Source: Octopus bimaculoides (lineage: Eukaryota). Taken from it: a DNA stretch of 64,000 bases. Position numbers and translations under genes: made by a program. The DNA lies in NCBI RefSeq assembly GCF_001194135.2, contig NC_068982.1, forward strand, positions 137,763,067 through 137,827,066, given 5' to 3'. Position 1 is the stretch's first letter; each line of letters starts with the position of its first letter. The notes under the pieces were generated by a model. It did no database searches and was not told the origin of the DNA. It was given only the letters and a program-made list of their open reading frames with translations. This document shows positions 12,849 through 26,117 of this stretch, in pieces.

Positions 12849-12980
12849 GAAAATGATGGAGAAATATTTATCAACAACAATTGACTAACATCGATTATTA
12901 CTTTTTAATACAAAAACTTCTATTAAAAAGGAGAAAATCGATGTTAGTCAATTGTTGTTGCTCAATATTTCTCCATTTTC
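12849..12980. repeat. Foldback hairpin (about 45-bp outer stem, 10-bp inner stem, 10-nt loop)
   Basis: Perfect 25-bp core caacaacaattgactaacatcgatt with its reverse complement; inner ctttttaata/tattaaaaag. Confidence 0.9.
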
Positions 12981-13169
12981 TGCTGAATTTAAACTTGATT
13001 CCTGATAAACTCAAGTTTCTTTTTGTCATTGCCTATATCCTATAAGCATAATATGTTTGCATATGTATGCCCAGGGTTAACATAGGTAATTTATACCTGT
13101 AGTTAAATGGATATTCTTATCCCTTAGATGGTTATTCCAACTGCTAACTCTACTAACCATATATATATA

Positions 13170-14132
13170 TGTAGTGAAACTACCTATCGCCATTAGATAC
13201 AAAACTACTATCGCCATTACATACAATCTTCTCATTTAAATATAAATAAATGCGAGCGTAGTAGAGAACCCATTCCTTGTCATCACGTGACTGATTATTA
13301 TTCGAATCGGCAACTTCTTCGAACCGTTCCCGCCAGAACGCAAACTGACCAATCACGGCCCCTAATAAGGTCATGTGATAGAGTATATTTCTACCATCTG
13401 GTGAGCCAATAGTTTGTTATAAATAGCTTTAACTCAGCGGCCAAATTTGTCTCGGTCCAGTTTCTCTTTGAGAACTGTTCCGTGTACCACACGACNNNNN
13501 NNNNNNNNNNNNNNNNNNNNNNNNNNNNNNNNNNNNNNNNNNNNNNNNNNNNNNNNNNNNNNNNNNNNNNNNNNNNNNNNNNNNNNNNNNNNNNNNNNNN
13601 NNNNNNNNNNNNNNNNNNNNNNNNNNNNNNNNNNNNNNNNNNNNNNNNNNNNNNNNNNNNNNNNNNNNNNNNNNNNNNNNNNNNNNNNNNNNNNNNNNNN
13701 NNNNNNNNNNNNNNNNNNNNNNNNNNNNNNNNNNNNNGTGTACCCAAGAACTGGTATAATTGTTCACGTGTTATTGACTCTCTTTTTCTCTGCTGTAATA
13801 TTTCTCATACACACATGTATCACTCACATACACACTTTTCTTTGTATGACGGCCTGTCTTTGATTATATTATTATATGTCGCATTCACACTCTCACACAG
13901 ACATACATCTTTAACGCTACAATAAATATCTCTGTTATTCATCTAATACGGTTGTGGTCTTTCATTACTGGTCATCTATGTTATCGTCGCATAACATATC
14001 ATAACATATCATCATCTTCGATATATATCTATTTTGTGTTCGACCGTGTGACGCGTTTAAATAAAAGGAGTCCTCTGTTTTTCCATTCGTCACCATTTCT
14101 CCTTTTTGAGTTCGCACGGTCGTTCCCTTACA
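13170..14132 (+). mobile_element. Solo-LTR-like element, copy 1 (TG...CA, internal N gap)
   Basis: Starts TGTAGTGAAACTACC, ends GTTCCCTTACA; flanked by (TA)n; contains CACGTG, CCAAT, TATAAATA and AATAAA; reverse-complement homolog at 48196-49317. Confidence 0.7.
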
Positions 14133-14169
14133 TATATATATATATACATATATATATATACACACGCAC

Positions 14170-14208
<39 letters not shown>

Positions 14209-14289
14209 TACAGAAGGGTATTAAAATATCACTTGCATAACAGAGATATCTTTCTGAAACCACAATTTGCTCACTATAAAAATACACAT

Positions 14290-14875
14290 GGTGGAATCGA
14301 AATCGAACCAAATTCGACAACTGGCACCCATGCCAACCTTTCCTTCATTGGACTCTAAACTCTGCTTGCGAAGAACTGTTGGGTCAAGTGAAATCGAAAT
14401 CGTAATTCAACCATATTCGATGACTGGCACCTGTGCCAGTGGAGCACTAATAACACTGTCCGAGCGTGATCATTGCCAGAGCAGCTGTCTGGCTTCCGTG
14501 CCAGTGGCCCATAAATAGTACCATTTGAGTGTGATTGTTACCAGCGTCGCCTTACTGGCACTTGTGATGGTGGCACGTTAGAAAATCATTTGAGCGAGGT
14601 CGTTGCCAGTGCCGCTGGACTGGCACATAAAAAACACCATTTTGAGTGTGGCCGTTGCCAGTACCGTGTGACTGGCCCTCGTACCAGTGGCACGTAAAAG
14701 CACCCACTACACTCTCGGAGTGGTTGGCGTTAGGAAGGGCATACAGCTGTAGAAACTCTGCCAGACCAGATTGGAGCCTGGTGCAGCCATCCGGTTCACC
14801 AGTCCTCAGTCAAATCGTCCAACCCATGCTAGCATGGAAAGCGGACATTAAAGAAAGATGATGATGATGATGAGG
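14290..14875 (+). mobile_element. Family C: 5'-truncated RTE-like LINE 3' region with (ATG)n tail
   Basis: Ends ...ccaacccatgctagcatggaaagcggac(g/a)ttaaa(tga)n. Copies at 20110-20970(+) and 33540-34400(-) extend into RT-terminal 'GRGRPRKTWDEVV.H.LRTLGLTEAMT.DRDLWKYAV'. Others at about 388-660(-), 4685-4868(-), 19080-19410(-), 21575-22175(+), 25715-26010(-), 39095-39600(-), 39780-40050(+), 41395-42030(-), 53920-54305(-). Confidence 0.85.
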
Positions 14876-15370
14876 AGGAGGATGATGATGATGCTATAAA
14901 CATAACAGAAATAGGCTTACCTTACATTGAATACAAAAGTAAGTAATGTATATTCCAGGATCAATTGATTTCACTTTCTGTATGTAAAACATACTTTAGC
15001 TCATCAGATGGACCTAACACTATGGCATCTATTTCTGAAATATTCATCACATTACACATCATTCAAAAATGAACCTAACGTGAACTAGTAATATATAAAT
15101 TTAAATAAGTATCCTTAATATTATTAATAATAATAATCATAATAATAGAGTGGCTAGCAAGTTTAGATCTTTATAGGTTATTAATATTATATTACTTAAT
15201 TTATTGACCCCGAAAGGATGAAAGGCAAACTTGACCTTGACAGAATTTGAACTCAGTACGTAAAGAGAGATGAAATACCGCTAAGTATTTTGCCCGGTGT
15301 GCTAACATTTCTGCCAGCTCACCACTTTTGTGTGTGTGTGTATATTTTCATTTCTTTTTCTGTTATTCAG

Positions 15371-15494
15371 AAAGCTGCGGAGATGTTTGGCATCAAAGAT
15401 TTTGATAAGCCTGTGCATTTCATTAGCTGTTGTTAATATCATCTTCCTCATTGGGATGCAGCCTTATGCCTTAAAAACAACAGCTGCTTGTAAG
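15371..15494 (+). CDS. Adhesion GPCR exon D (ICL1-TM2-ECL1): KLRRCLASKILISLCISLAVVNIIFLIGMQPYALKTTAACK
   Basis: Acceptor tgttattcag| and donor AAG|gtaagt; 124 nt, phase 2-0; class B2 TM2 pattern 'I..SLC.SL...N..FL.G'. Confidence 0.93.
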
Positions 15495-15637
15495 GTAAGT
15501 GGAAGCATATTTTAGCAAGTAGATATTTTTCTTATATTAAATATCATGTTCAACAGTCTTTTACTTCAAATAGATTTAATCCATCAAAATTCAAAATTGT
15601 ATCAATAAATGTTAAATTTACATCCTGAATGTTACAT

Positions 15638-15865
15638 TTAACCCTGTTGTTACCATATTTCTACTGAGATGCTCCACGTTTCTTTCAATTAATTCTAAAT
15701 TTAACAAAGAATCTAGTAAAATAACTTAGTTATCATTAAGCTAGTGTTAGGAACATAATTTGTGACTAAGGTGTGTTGGAAAATTTTAATTCAGAACTTT
15801 TGAAAACAAGACATTTGCACTACAGCCAGAGGTGGTTTCAGCCAGGTTGGCATCAAAAGGGTTAA
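15638..15865. mobile_element. piggyBac-like MITE (TTAA CCCT...AGGG TTAA)
   Basis: TTAA at both ends, short TIRs, 228 bp; homologs at 50395-51113. Confidence 0.8.
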
Positions 15866-17739
15866 TGTTTGCATTGATCATCCTTGTGTTCTTTCATTTA
15901 TTGTCAAATGATGACATCCATTTTTATAATTGGAAATACCATGTAATAAATGATCCTTTTTTAACTTGTGGAATTGCATTTTGTTTCATGTTCTCCATCT
16001 TACCCTCACCTCTATGTAGCCCTTCAACATGTCTCTGTTAGGTTCCTATTCAACATTCTTTGAAATTTGTTGTATCTCTTTAAACCATTCTATCTAATAG
16101 GACAGCAAATATTTATTGTTGTTGTTGTTTCAAATTTTGGTACAAAGCCAGAAATTTTCAAAGATTACATTGACTTCACCACTTGACTGGAACTTAAATT
16201 TATCAACCCCGGAAGGATGAAATGCAAATTGATTCTTTTCATCCCTCCAGGGTTCATAAATAGCATACCAGTCAAATATTGGGGATGATGTAGTTGACTA
16301 ACCTCTTGCCCCACACCATAGGAAAATATTCAACCAAACTACATCGTTGTTACTTTCCCTCGCTCTCCAGCTTTTTCAAACACATGGAGTTAGACACACG
16401 CAAACATACTTCAACTTCCTCCTGCATCAGATATTCCCAATATGGAATACCATCTTATGAGGCAACCTAGCATATAAAAAAAATAGACATAGAAGTTTTT
16501 AAAAGATGCATCAGCACCGAACAAGCCACACAACTGTGACATCATGGAAACCACATCCATATTGGACAAGTCCATGACAAATCCACCACCACCACCACCA
16601 GCAACAATAATACACATCTCAACTGAAAAAAAAAAACACAGTAGACTGATACACAAACACAATATAAACAAAACATCTCCAGTCCAAACATTTTGGTGGT
16701 TAGGAATACAAACAAAAGGCTGATGCTCTTTATAGCACATAAGGAAAATGCTGAAATAGAGGGATAAGTTATCATGACCAGCACTTCTAAAGAGCCACAA
16801 AATTTGAAAATAATAAAATTGGACTTGGTGACATACAAAATACTGAGGGAGGATTTCCCTGATGTTCTGTGAAGTCCAAATGAAAGGGCCAACTGTAGGC
16901 TTCTAAAGGATTTCCCTAAGGAAGCTCAAAAGCCTATGGAGACCAAGTCATTTGGTTACTGGTACCACGAAATAGTTAAGTAGTCTGTTTCCTTTTCTCC
17001 TCATTATCTTTTAGCCAACACGGTGGCCCCGAGAATGGAATGTATAAATGCATGTGGATTGGGGTCATTCTGGAAGCAGAGTTGCCTGCTCAATGGCCTC
17101 AGATAACTGGGTTTGGATGTGAAAGCCATCAGTGAGACCAAAATTTCCAAGGTTTCATCCATCCTTACATTCTGAGTTTAAATCTGCTGAGATCAATCTT
17201 GCCTTCATCTCTTTGGGGCCTTGTACCAAAATTTGAAATTATCATTACTATTGTTGTTGTTGTTGTTGTTGTTGTTATCACCATTATAAGTTTAAAAGGA
17301 TTAACGTAACTCCTCACAAAGGTAATTAGACAATACGAAGAGCACAATACAATTACAATAGATATTTTATTTGTTTGAACAATATTTTCGACAGCTTGCC
17401 TGTTTTTGTCGAGTACAAAATGAAAAGTGAAACATAGAAATTCAAAATTTTTGAAATTCAAATTCAAAAATTTAAACGAGGGCAACTTGCATTCCCACAT
17501 TAACGGAATGATATCATCTTTGCTGTACTGAAATATGTGTTCCCATGTTCTGTGATGAAATTTCAGAAGGTTCTCTTTTAATTTTCGACTTTCTGGATTC
17601 AAGACTATAAAATATAAAACTAATACTGATATCAATATAGTTGACTCCACCTCCACCCCTACCCCTCAAATGCAATATATATATTTGAAGCCAAACATGT
17701 CAATGTTAAAAACTTTTATTGTTGTTGTTGTCATTCAAG

Positions 17740-17884
17740 GCAGTGGCTGCTCTGTTACACTACTCCCTTATAGCAACTGTCATGTGGATGGGTATCAAAG
17801 TTTTTCATGCTTATATAGTTTTGGTTACTGAAGGGGAAAGCTACGAAAAATATTTTATGATCGTGAGTTCAATTTTGGCCTGGG
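17740..17884 (+). CDS. Adhesion GPCR exon E (TM3-ICL2-TM4 start): AVAALLHYSLIATVMWMGIKVFHAYIVLVTEGESYEKYFMIVSSILAW(G)
   Basis: Acceptor tcattcaag| and donor TGGG|gtaagt; 145 nt, phase 0-1; 'C.AVAALLHY......WM' TM3 signature. Confidence 0.93.
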
Positions 17885-17929
17885 GTAAGTATAATTTCTA
17901 TCTTCAGTTTTCTATCTTCAGGACACTTT

Positions 17930-17974
17930 ATCTCTCTCTCTCTCACACACACACACATACACCATCTCTCTCTT

Positions 17975-18039
<65 letters not shown>

Positions 18040-18046
18040 TACACCA

Positions 18047-18088
<42 letters not shown>

Positions 18089-18141
18089 CATCTCTCTCTC
18101 ACACACATACACCATCTCTCTCTCACACACACACATACACC

Positions 18142-18178
<37 letters not shown>

Positions 18179-18438
18179 CATCTCTCTCTCTCACACACAC
18201 ACACACCATCTCTCTCTCTCACACACACATACACCATCTCTCTCACACACACATACACACACACCATCCCTCGCTCTCTCTTTCTCTCTCACACACACAT
18301 ATACACCATCTCTCTTTGTCTCTCTCTCACACACACACATACATGCACCATCTCTCTCTCTCACACACACCATCTCTCTCTCACACACACACACACACAT
18401 ACACCATCTCTCTCTCTCTCACATACACACACACACCA

Positions 18439-18471
<33 letters not shown>

Positions 18472-18555
18472 TACACCATCTCTCTCTCTCTCACGCACAC
18501 ACACCATCTCTCTATCTCACACACGCACACACACACACGCACACACACACACATT
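17930..18555. repeat. Compound (CT)n(CA)n-CCAT satellite
   Basis: Repeated units CACCAT(CT)n(CA)n just downstream of exon E. Confidence 0.9.
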
Positions 18556-18883
18556 TCTTTGTGTTTAATATTTGTACTTGAATGTTAGTTGATGGGAAAA
18601 AGTTCACTTGAATGATTCAAACCCAGAATATCACTCATTTGTATTCATTTCATTGAACCAAAAATGTTGAAGAAAAAGTTAACTTTGATGGGATTTGAAC
18701 TCGGGACACTAACTAAACATTGTAAACCATGTTCTTTGACATTATCTCAGTGAATGTTGCCTAGTAAGAGTTCAATTTATTTTTCTCGATCTTGTTATTC
18801 TGTTCTGATGTTGCAGAAAGTATTGACAATCAATCACTGCTGTAAAATATCTCAGGAAGGTGCTCTATATCACGAATCCCCTT

Positions 18884-21800
18884 CAGTGGTTCCAAAAGTA
18901 GGTGGTACCATCCCCTTGAGGCAGTGGAAAGATCCAGAGACAGTGGAAAGATCTGGTGGGGTGGGCGCTGGAATAAAATAGGGCAATAAGGGAGTTATGG
19001 ATGGCATTGCTAGTATCTATTTTTCAATGGTACACTCAAGTTTAAAAAATAGTGTTTAGTAAAACTAACTTAAAGAACATCATCATCATCGTTTAACGTC
19101 CGCTTTCCATGCTAGCATGGGTTGGACGATTTGACTGAGGACTGGTGAACCAGATGGCTACACCAGGCTCCAATCTGATTTGGCAGAGTTTCTACAGCTG
19201 GATGCCCTTCCTAACGCCAACCACTCTGAGAGTGTAGTGGGTGCTTTTATGTGCCACCGGTACGAAGGCCAGTCAGGTGGTACTGGCAACGGCCACGCTC
19301 AAAATGGTGTATTTTACGTGCCACCTGCACGGGAGCCAGTCCAGCGGCCCTGGCAGCGACCTTGCTCGAATGTCTTTTCACGTGCCACCGGCACAAATGC
19401 CAGTAAGGCGGCAAAATAAATTTTAAAAAAACAAAAGTTCTCTAATAAAGCTGGTCATAAAATTCACAAGAGAATTTCCCAAAAAGACAAAAAGCATACA
19501 ACACTGAACATATGACATTTTTTCATCATGTATTTTTTCAACATTTTGAAAATTTATAATTCGTATTCTTTCAGAAAAAATTTTTCAAAAGGCTATCATT
19601 TTTTGGTGGTAGGGTTTCCAGATTTTAATTGTGAAAATCAAAATGAAATGGATGTATGAAATTTTTTCTCTAACAATGCATACTACAAATGTTTCAAAAT
19701 GTGGAATATTATAGCATTGAAAATTAATAGTGCAACCTACTTAGAACCTCCAAACTTAGCTTGCAGTTAGATTAGTTCTCCTTGCCAAGCAGTAAAAGTA
19801 TATTTCTTGCTTATGTTTGCTTCGTCAAAGATTAATGTTTTGTTCAAGAGTAATAATTTGTAAGACAACTAGAAACAGATACACAAGAGGAATCAATATT
19901 TTGTGTTTGAGCAATAGAAGGGACACCATCGATGGTAGGTTGTCATTGCAGCTTTATCAGTTTATTGTAAAAGTTATACCTAGCATGTTTAGTGCACACT
20001 CTACAATCTTCAGGCAACATCTGGCTGCAATAACAAATCAATGAGCACTGTTATCACAGCAGTTAATAAAATGAACACACATGCTTACAATTCCTCAGTT
20101 TCAACTCCTCTGTACTGACAATGATAAAGATTTGGTTGAGGGAACCTGTGGAAGAGGTAGACCCAGGAAGACCTGGGATGAGGTGGTGAAGCACAACCTT
20201 CGAACATTAGGCCTCACCGAGGCAATGACTTGTGACCGAGACCTTTGGAAATATGCTGTGCATGAGAAGATCCAGCAAGCCAAGTGAGACCATAATCCAA
20301 GGCCTCTTTCAGGGATGTAGTCAGCCCACTTATACGTACCTTTCCTTCATTGGACACTAAATTTCGCTTGCGAAGACCTGTTGAGGCAAGTGAAATCGAA
20401 ATCGAACTAAATTCGACGACTGGCACCCATGCCAACGTCTCCTTCACTGGACACTAAACTCGGCTTGCAAAGACCCGTTGGGACAAGTGAAAGCGAAATC
20501 GTGATGGCACTTGTACCAGTGGAGCGCTAAGAGCACCATCCAAGCGTGATCGTTGCCAGAGCAGCTGTCTGGCTTCCGTGCCAGTGGCACGTAAATAGCA
20601 CCATTTGAGCGTGATCGTTACCAGCGTCGCCTTCCTGGCACTTGTGCCGGTGGCACGTGAAAAGACATTCGAGCAAGGTCGTTGCCAGTGCCGCTGGACT
20701 GGCTCCTGTGCAGGTGGCACATAAAATACACCAATTTTGAGCATGGTCATTGCCAGTACCGCCTGACTGGCCTTCGTGCCAGTGGCACGTAAAAGCACCC
20801 ACTACACTCTCGGAGTGGTTGGTGTTAGGAAGGGCATCCAGCTGTAGAAATTCTGCCAAATCAGATTGGAGCCTGGTGCAGCCATCTGATTTGCCAGTCC
20901 TCAGTCAAATCATCCAACCCATGCTAGCATGGAAAGCAGACGTTAAATGATGATGATGATGATGATGATGAACATTTGTTGTTGCACACAGAAATTCAAT
21001 GGCTGTCAAAGGGAAACTGCCTGGAAGTTTCTATTCCCTTTTTAAAACAGTTGTTGCATTCAGTTGTTGAGACTCTTATTCTGTTCATTATTTAGATTAT
21101 TTACATCATTTACATTTGATGGATATTTGTCCTCATCTTGTTTGTTGTTGACACAAATATCTATCAAATGTAAATAATGTAAATAATGTACATAATTCCT
21201 CATCTCTTAAATATAGAACTGTCTTATTCTGTTCTTTGTGATGAACCAAGAAATATCAAGTATGGCATTGCTTATATGGCAGATATATTCACAAAGTTCA
21301 ATGAAGTTAACTTGCAACTGCAAGGAAATTAGGTTAAACCTTATCAAAGTAAAACCAACAATTCAAATGTAACATAAGCCTCCAGTTTCGGAGCCTCTCT
21401 GAATTGGAGAAGGAAAAGTGCACACCAGAAGATGGCATTCAAGTAGATTGTTCACACCTGGATGAGCTGTACTGAGACATGTCTGATAGGTTTCAGGATA
21501 CTACTTTTAGTTACATTACCAAGATATCAGCAACGAGGAAACAAGAATAGTGGAGGAAGAGCTGGTTTCACTTAAAGTTAAATGACAAGACCTGTTGAGG
21601 CAAGTGAAATCGAAATTGAAAATTGAACCAAATTCGTTGACTGGCACCCATGCCAACCTTCCTTCATTGGGCACTAAACTCAGCTTGCGAAGACCTGTTG
21701 GGGCAAGTGAGATCGAAACTGAACCAAATTCGATGACTGGCACCCGTGCCAGTGGAGCGCTAACAGCACCATCCGAGCAGGATCACTGCCAGAGCAGTGG

Positions 21801-23078
21801 TCTTGCTTCTGTGCCAGTGGTACGTAAAAAGCACCATTTGAGCACGATCTTTTCCAGCTTCGCTTTACTGGCACTTGAGCTGGTGGCATGTGAACAAAAC
21901 ATTGGACTGGCTCCTGTGCAGGTGGCATGTAAAAAACACCATTTGAGTATGGCCATTGCCAGTACCACCGGACTGGCCCTCGTGCCGGTGGTATGTAAAA
22001 AGCACCCACTACACTCTCGGAGTGGTTGGCGTTAGGAAGGGTATCCAGCTGTAGAAACTCTGCCAGATCAGACTGGAGTCTGGTGTAGCCATCTGGTTCA
22101 CCAGTCCCCAGTCAAATCGTCCAACCCATGCTAGCATGGAAAGCGGATGTTAAATGATGATGATGATGATGATGATGACACTGAGCTGAAGCCAAAGTTT
22201 AAAAAATCACATCAAGAATTTTGATTACAAAAACACATTCTTGACTGCTACCCTGCACTGAAGAACAAAGCCAAAATGTACTCTATTGCTATCCCAACAT
22301 CATATTTTGTAGAGTAGAGCTTCAGTGCAGACTGAAAATTATTAAATGTGATGACCTACGACTACGTTTTAGGACCTTTCAGCCAGATGTTGAGAAGCTA
22401 GTATCCCTGCACAATATATATCCATCGCATTAAAAATATGAAAATAAAGTACCGTAAATCTTCGAGTATAGTCTGCCCTTGAGTATAACACGCAGGGGAT
22501 TTCTAGGGGACTGTACCTCTGAAAAACCTAAGCCTTGTATATAATACACACCCCTTCTCTAACTTGAGTCAAGGAGGTCTATATAACATCCTTGGTTTGT
22601 AAACATATATACGGTAGTGTCCTTTATTATTATTGTATATATAACATAATGCAAACATGTAGATTTTTGTGCACTTTGTTTGCAGAAAATAAAGAAATAA
22701 CTGTAATAACGTCAGTGAAAAATAATTATTAAGTAAATTGCCTTTACATATTTATCACTTAGAAAATTTTGCTTAGAAAATATGTTTCATTTTTATCCTC
22801 GTATATAGTACGCATTAGAAAATTTGACCTTTAAATTTTGGGAAAAAGGTGCGGATTATACTCAAGGATTTACGGTATTTACAAGTGAGATGTAAATTTA
22901 CTCTTTCATGTTGTAAAAGCAACAAAGCAATGGGTTAAGTTTATTTGTGAAATACACTTGTTTTGAATTTGTAGCTGAAAGAGGTTTGTGTTTGCGGTGG
23001 TGAGTGTTGGGGAGAGACACTAGGAATGTGGTATGGGTGCCAAGGGGGTGGCAGTCTGAAAAAATTTGGGAACCACTG
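18884..23078 (+). mobile_element. hAT (Buster/Charlie-like) transposon relic with nested insertions
   Basis: TIRs CAGTGGTTCCAAAA (18884) and TTTGGGAACCACTG (23078). Transposase remnants 'HTEIQWLSKGNCL', 'IAYMADIFTKFNEVNLQLQGN', 'IPTSYFVE.SFSA', 'DLRLRFRTFQPDVEKLVSLH..PSH*' at about 20985-22432. 8-bp TSD not matched. Confidence 0.75.
22452..22875. mobile_element. pogo/Tigger-like MITE
   Basis: TA|CCGTAAATCTTCGAGTATAGTCTGC ... GCGGATTATACTCAAGGATTTACGG|TA; about 25-bp TIRs and TA TSD. Confidence 0.8.
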
Positions 23079-24060
23079 CTCTACACCATTATCGATCCTA
23101 CCATCTTTAAAGATACTTTTGAAACTAGAAATTAAAATTTTGTTGCTTAAAACAACCCAAACTTAGATTACAGATCTGTTTCACAGTAAAATCCAAGTTT
23201 ACAAAACCAGGAGCGTTAAATCCTGAGTGAAAAGATGACTGTCCTGCTACTTCTGTCTCATCTTGTCTCCAGAAGGAACCCAATAGTTACCCGTTATGCA
23301 CTTTCACCAAATAATAGTCGAGGAGGGTGAATTCCTGTTGTCATCCATGTCATTCTGTCTTCTTACCGGTGTCCAGAACTTCCATGATTTTTCACTTTTT
23401 GCAGCCCTCTGAAACATATAATTGATAGGATCGAAATAGTATATTAGTCGTAGCTATTTCTAGAAACTAAAGAAGTAAATGGCAAGAAGTGAATTGTGTG
23501 TGGTAGGAAATAAAATATTGATTCCTTTTGAACTACTCTTTTACTTGTTTCAGTCATTTGAGGGTGGCCATGCTGGAGCACCGCCTTTACTCGAGCAAAT
23601 TGACCCCAGAACTTATTCTTTGTAAGCCTAGTACTTATTCTATCGGTCACTTTTGCCGAACCGCTAAGTTACGGGGACGTAAACACACCAGCATTGGTTG
23701 TCAAGCGATGGTGGGGGAGCAAAGACAGACACACAAACACACATACATATATATACATATACATATATATGACGGGCTTCTGTCATGTTTCCGTCTACCA
23801 AATCCACTCACAAGGCTTTGGTCGGCCCGAGGCTATAGTAGAAGACACTTGCCCAAGGTGCCACGCAGTGGGACTGAACCCGGAAACAAGTGGTTGGTAA
23901 GCAAGTTACTTACCACACAGCCACTCCTACGCCTATAACTAGACAATTTTCTGGACAAAAACATACTAAACTAAATCAATTCACATATCATGTATTTATG
24001 ATTTCAAATGTTAATTAATATCTAAAGATTCATATTCGTTTCTGTAAATATTATTGTCAG

Positions 24061-24124
24061 GTCTTCCAGCTCTCATTACTCTGGCAGTTAACTTCACAAA
24101 CAATTACATCAGAGTTGCACAAGT
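24061..24124 (+). CDS. Adhesion GPCR exon F (TM4 end-ECL2): (G)LPALITLAVNFTNNYIRVAQ(V)
   Basis: Acceptor ttattgtcag| and donor GT|gtaagt; 64 nt, phase 1-2; joining restores 'WGLP' and 'VCWL' across the junctions. Confidence 0.9.
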
Positions 24125-26117
24125 GTAAGTATTTCGCAGTTTCGTTTACCTCTTTTTTCTCTGATCTTCAAAATTAATATTTTTCTAGACTCATTTATAT
24201 TTTGAAAAACTATAAAATAATGGATAAGCTACCATCACGCTAAAGTCATGACCTTCGCTGTTGATAGTGATCCTACTTCACTAACATTGTTAATGTATTT
24301 TTTTGTTTTTTTTGAGAAACATGGGTCTCAAAGATCACATTTGTCCCTCCTTTCCACTCAATAAGAAATCATAAATATCTCTTTTACTCTTTTACTTGTT
24401 TCAGTCATTTGACTGTGGTCATGCTGGAGCACCGCCTTTACAGTCGAGCAAATCGACCCCCAGGACTTATTCTTTGTAAGCCTAGTACTTTTTCTATCGG
24501 TCTCATTTGCCAAACCGCTAGGTTACAGGGACATAAACATACCAGCATCGATTGTCAAGCGATGTGGTGAGGGGACAAACACAGACACACAGACATATAT
24601 ACACTCACATACATATGTATATACATATGTACAACTGGCTTCTTTCAGTTTCTTATTTCTTTATTGCCCACAAGGGGCTAAACACAGAGGGGACAAACAA
24701 GGACAGACAAAGGGATTAAGTCGATTAGATTGACCCCAGTGTGTAACTGGTACTTAATTTATCGACCCTGAAAGGATGAAAGGCAAAGTCGACCTCGGCG
24801 GAATTTGAACTCAGAACATAACGGCAGACGAAATACTGCAAAGCATTTCACCCGGCGTGCTAACGTTTCTGCCAGCTCGCCACCTTGTTTCAGTTTCTGT
24901 CTACACTCACAAGGCTTTGGACGGCCCGAGGCTATAGTAGAAGACACTTGCCCAAGGTGCCATGCAGTGGGACTGAACCTGGAACCATGTCTATTGACAG
25001 ATAACTTCAAACATGAATACAATCAACATATAAGAATAAAACAAAGCATCATACATTTTTCAACTTAATTATTTACATGGGCGTAGGAGTGGCTGTGTAG
25101 TAAGTAGCTTGCTTACCAACCACATGGTTCCGGGTTCAGTCACACTGCGTGGCATCTTAGGCAAGTGTCTTCTACTATAGCCTCAGGCCGACCAAAGCCT
25201 CGTGAGTAGATTTGGAAGCCCGTCGTATATATGTATATATATATGTATGTGTGTGTATATGTTTGTGTGTGTGTCTGTGTTTGTCCCCCCAACATCGCTT
25301 GACAACTGATGGTGGTGTGTTTATGTCCCTGTAACTTAGCAGTTCGGCAAAAGGGAACGGTAGAATAAGTACTAGGCTTACGAAGAATAAGCTCTGGGGT
25401 CGATTTGCTCGACTATAAAGGCAGTGCTCCAGCATGGCCACAGTCAAAAGACTGAAACAAGTAAAAGAGTAAAAGAGTAAAGAGTACGATACAAAAGATT
25501 GCATTGATTACTAATTATTATTTTTCTTGTATTTTTACAATAATATTAGGAATATTTGACACATAAGCTATTGAAATTTGTTACAACAAACAACTAGCTT
25601 CTCTTTTATCATTGCAAGTGTCAATGAGGAAACAGTCATATAATTAGGTGACAGCCTCAAAGGCTGATAAGTTACTATTTCATCACTTCTGAGTATTCAA
25701 GGCTCTATAGTAATTATCATCATCATCATCATTTAACGTCCGTTTTCCACACTAGCATGGGTTGGACAATTTGACTGAGGTCTGGTGAACCAGAAGGCTG
25801 CACCAGGCTCCAATCTGATCTAGCAGAGTTTCTACAGTTGTATGCCCTTCCTAACGCCAACCACTCCAAGAGTGTAGTGGGTGCTTTTACGTGCCACTAG
25901 CACAAGGGCCAGTCACACGGTACTGGCAACAGCCACACTCAAAATGGTGTTTTTTTACATGCCACCTGCACAGGAGCTAGTCCAGCGGCACTGGCAACAA
26001 CCTTGCTCATGTATGTATGTATGTATGTATGTATGTATGTATGTATGTATGTATGTGTGTGTGTGTATGTGTGTGTGTATGTATGCATGCATGTATGTAT
26101 GTATGCATGTATGTATG

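Noticed and set aside
17719-18588. Long ORFs rich in CV, HT, YI or SL, and ORFs running through N gaps
   Set aside because: Translations of microsatellites or gaps; only 17740-17884 of this ORF is a real exon.
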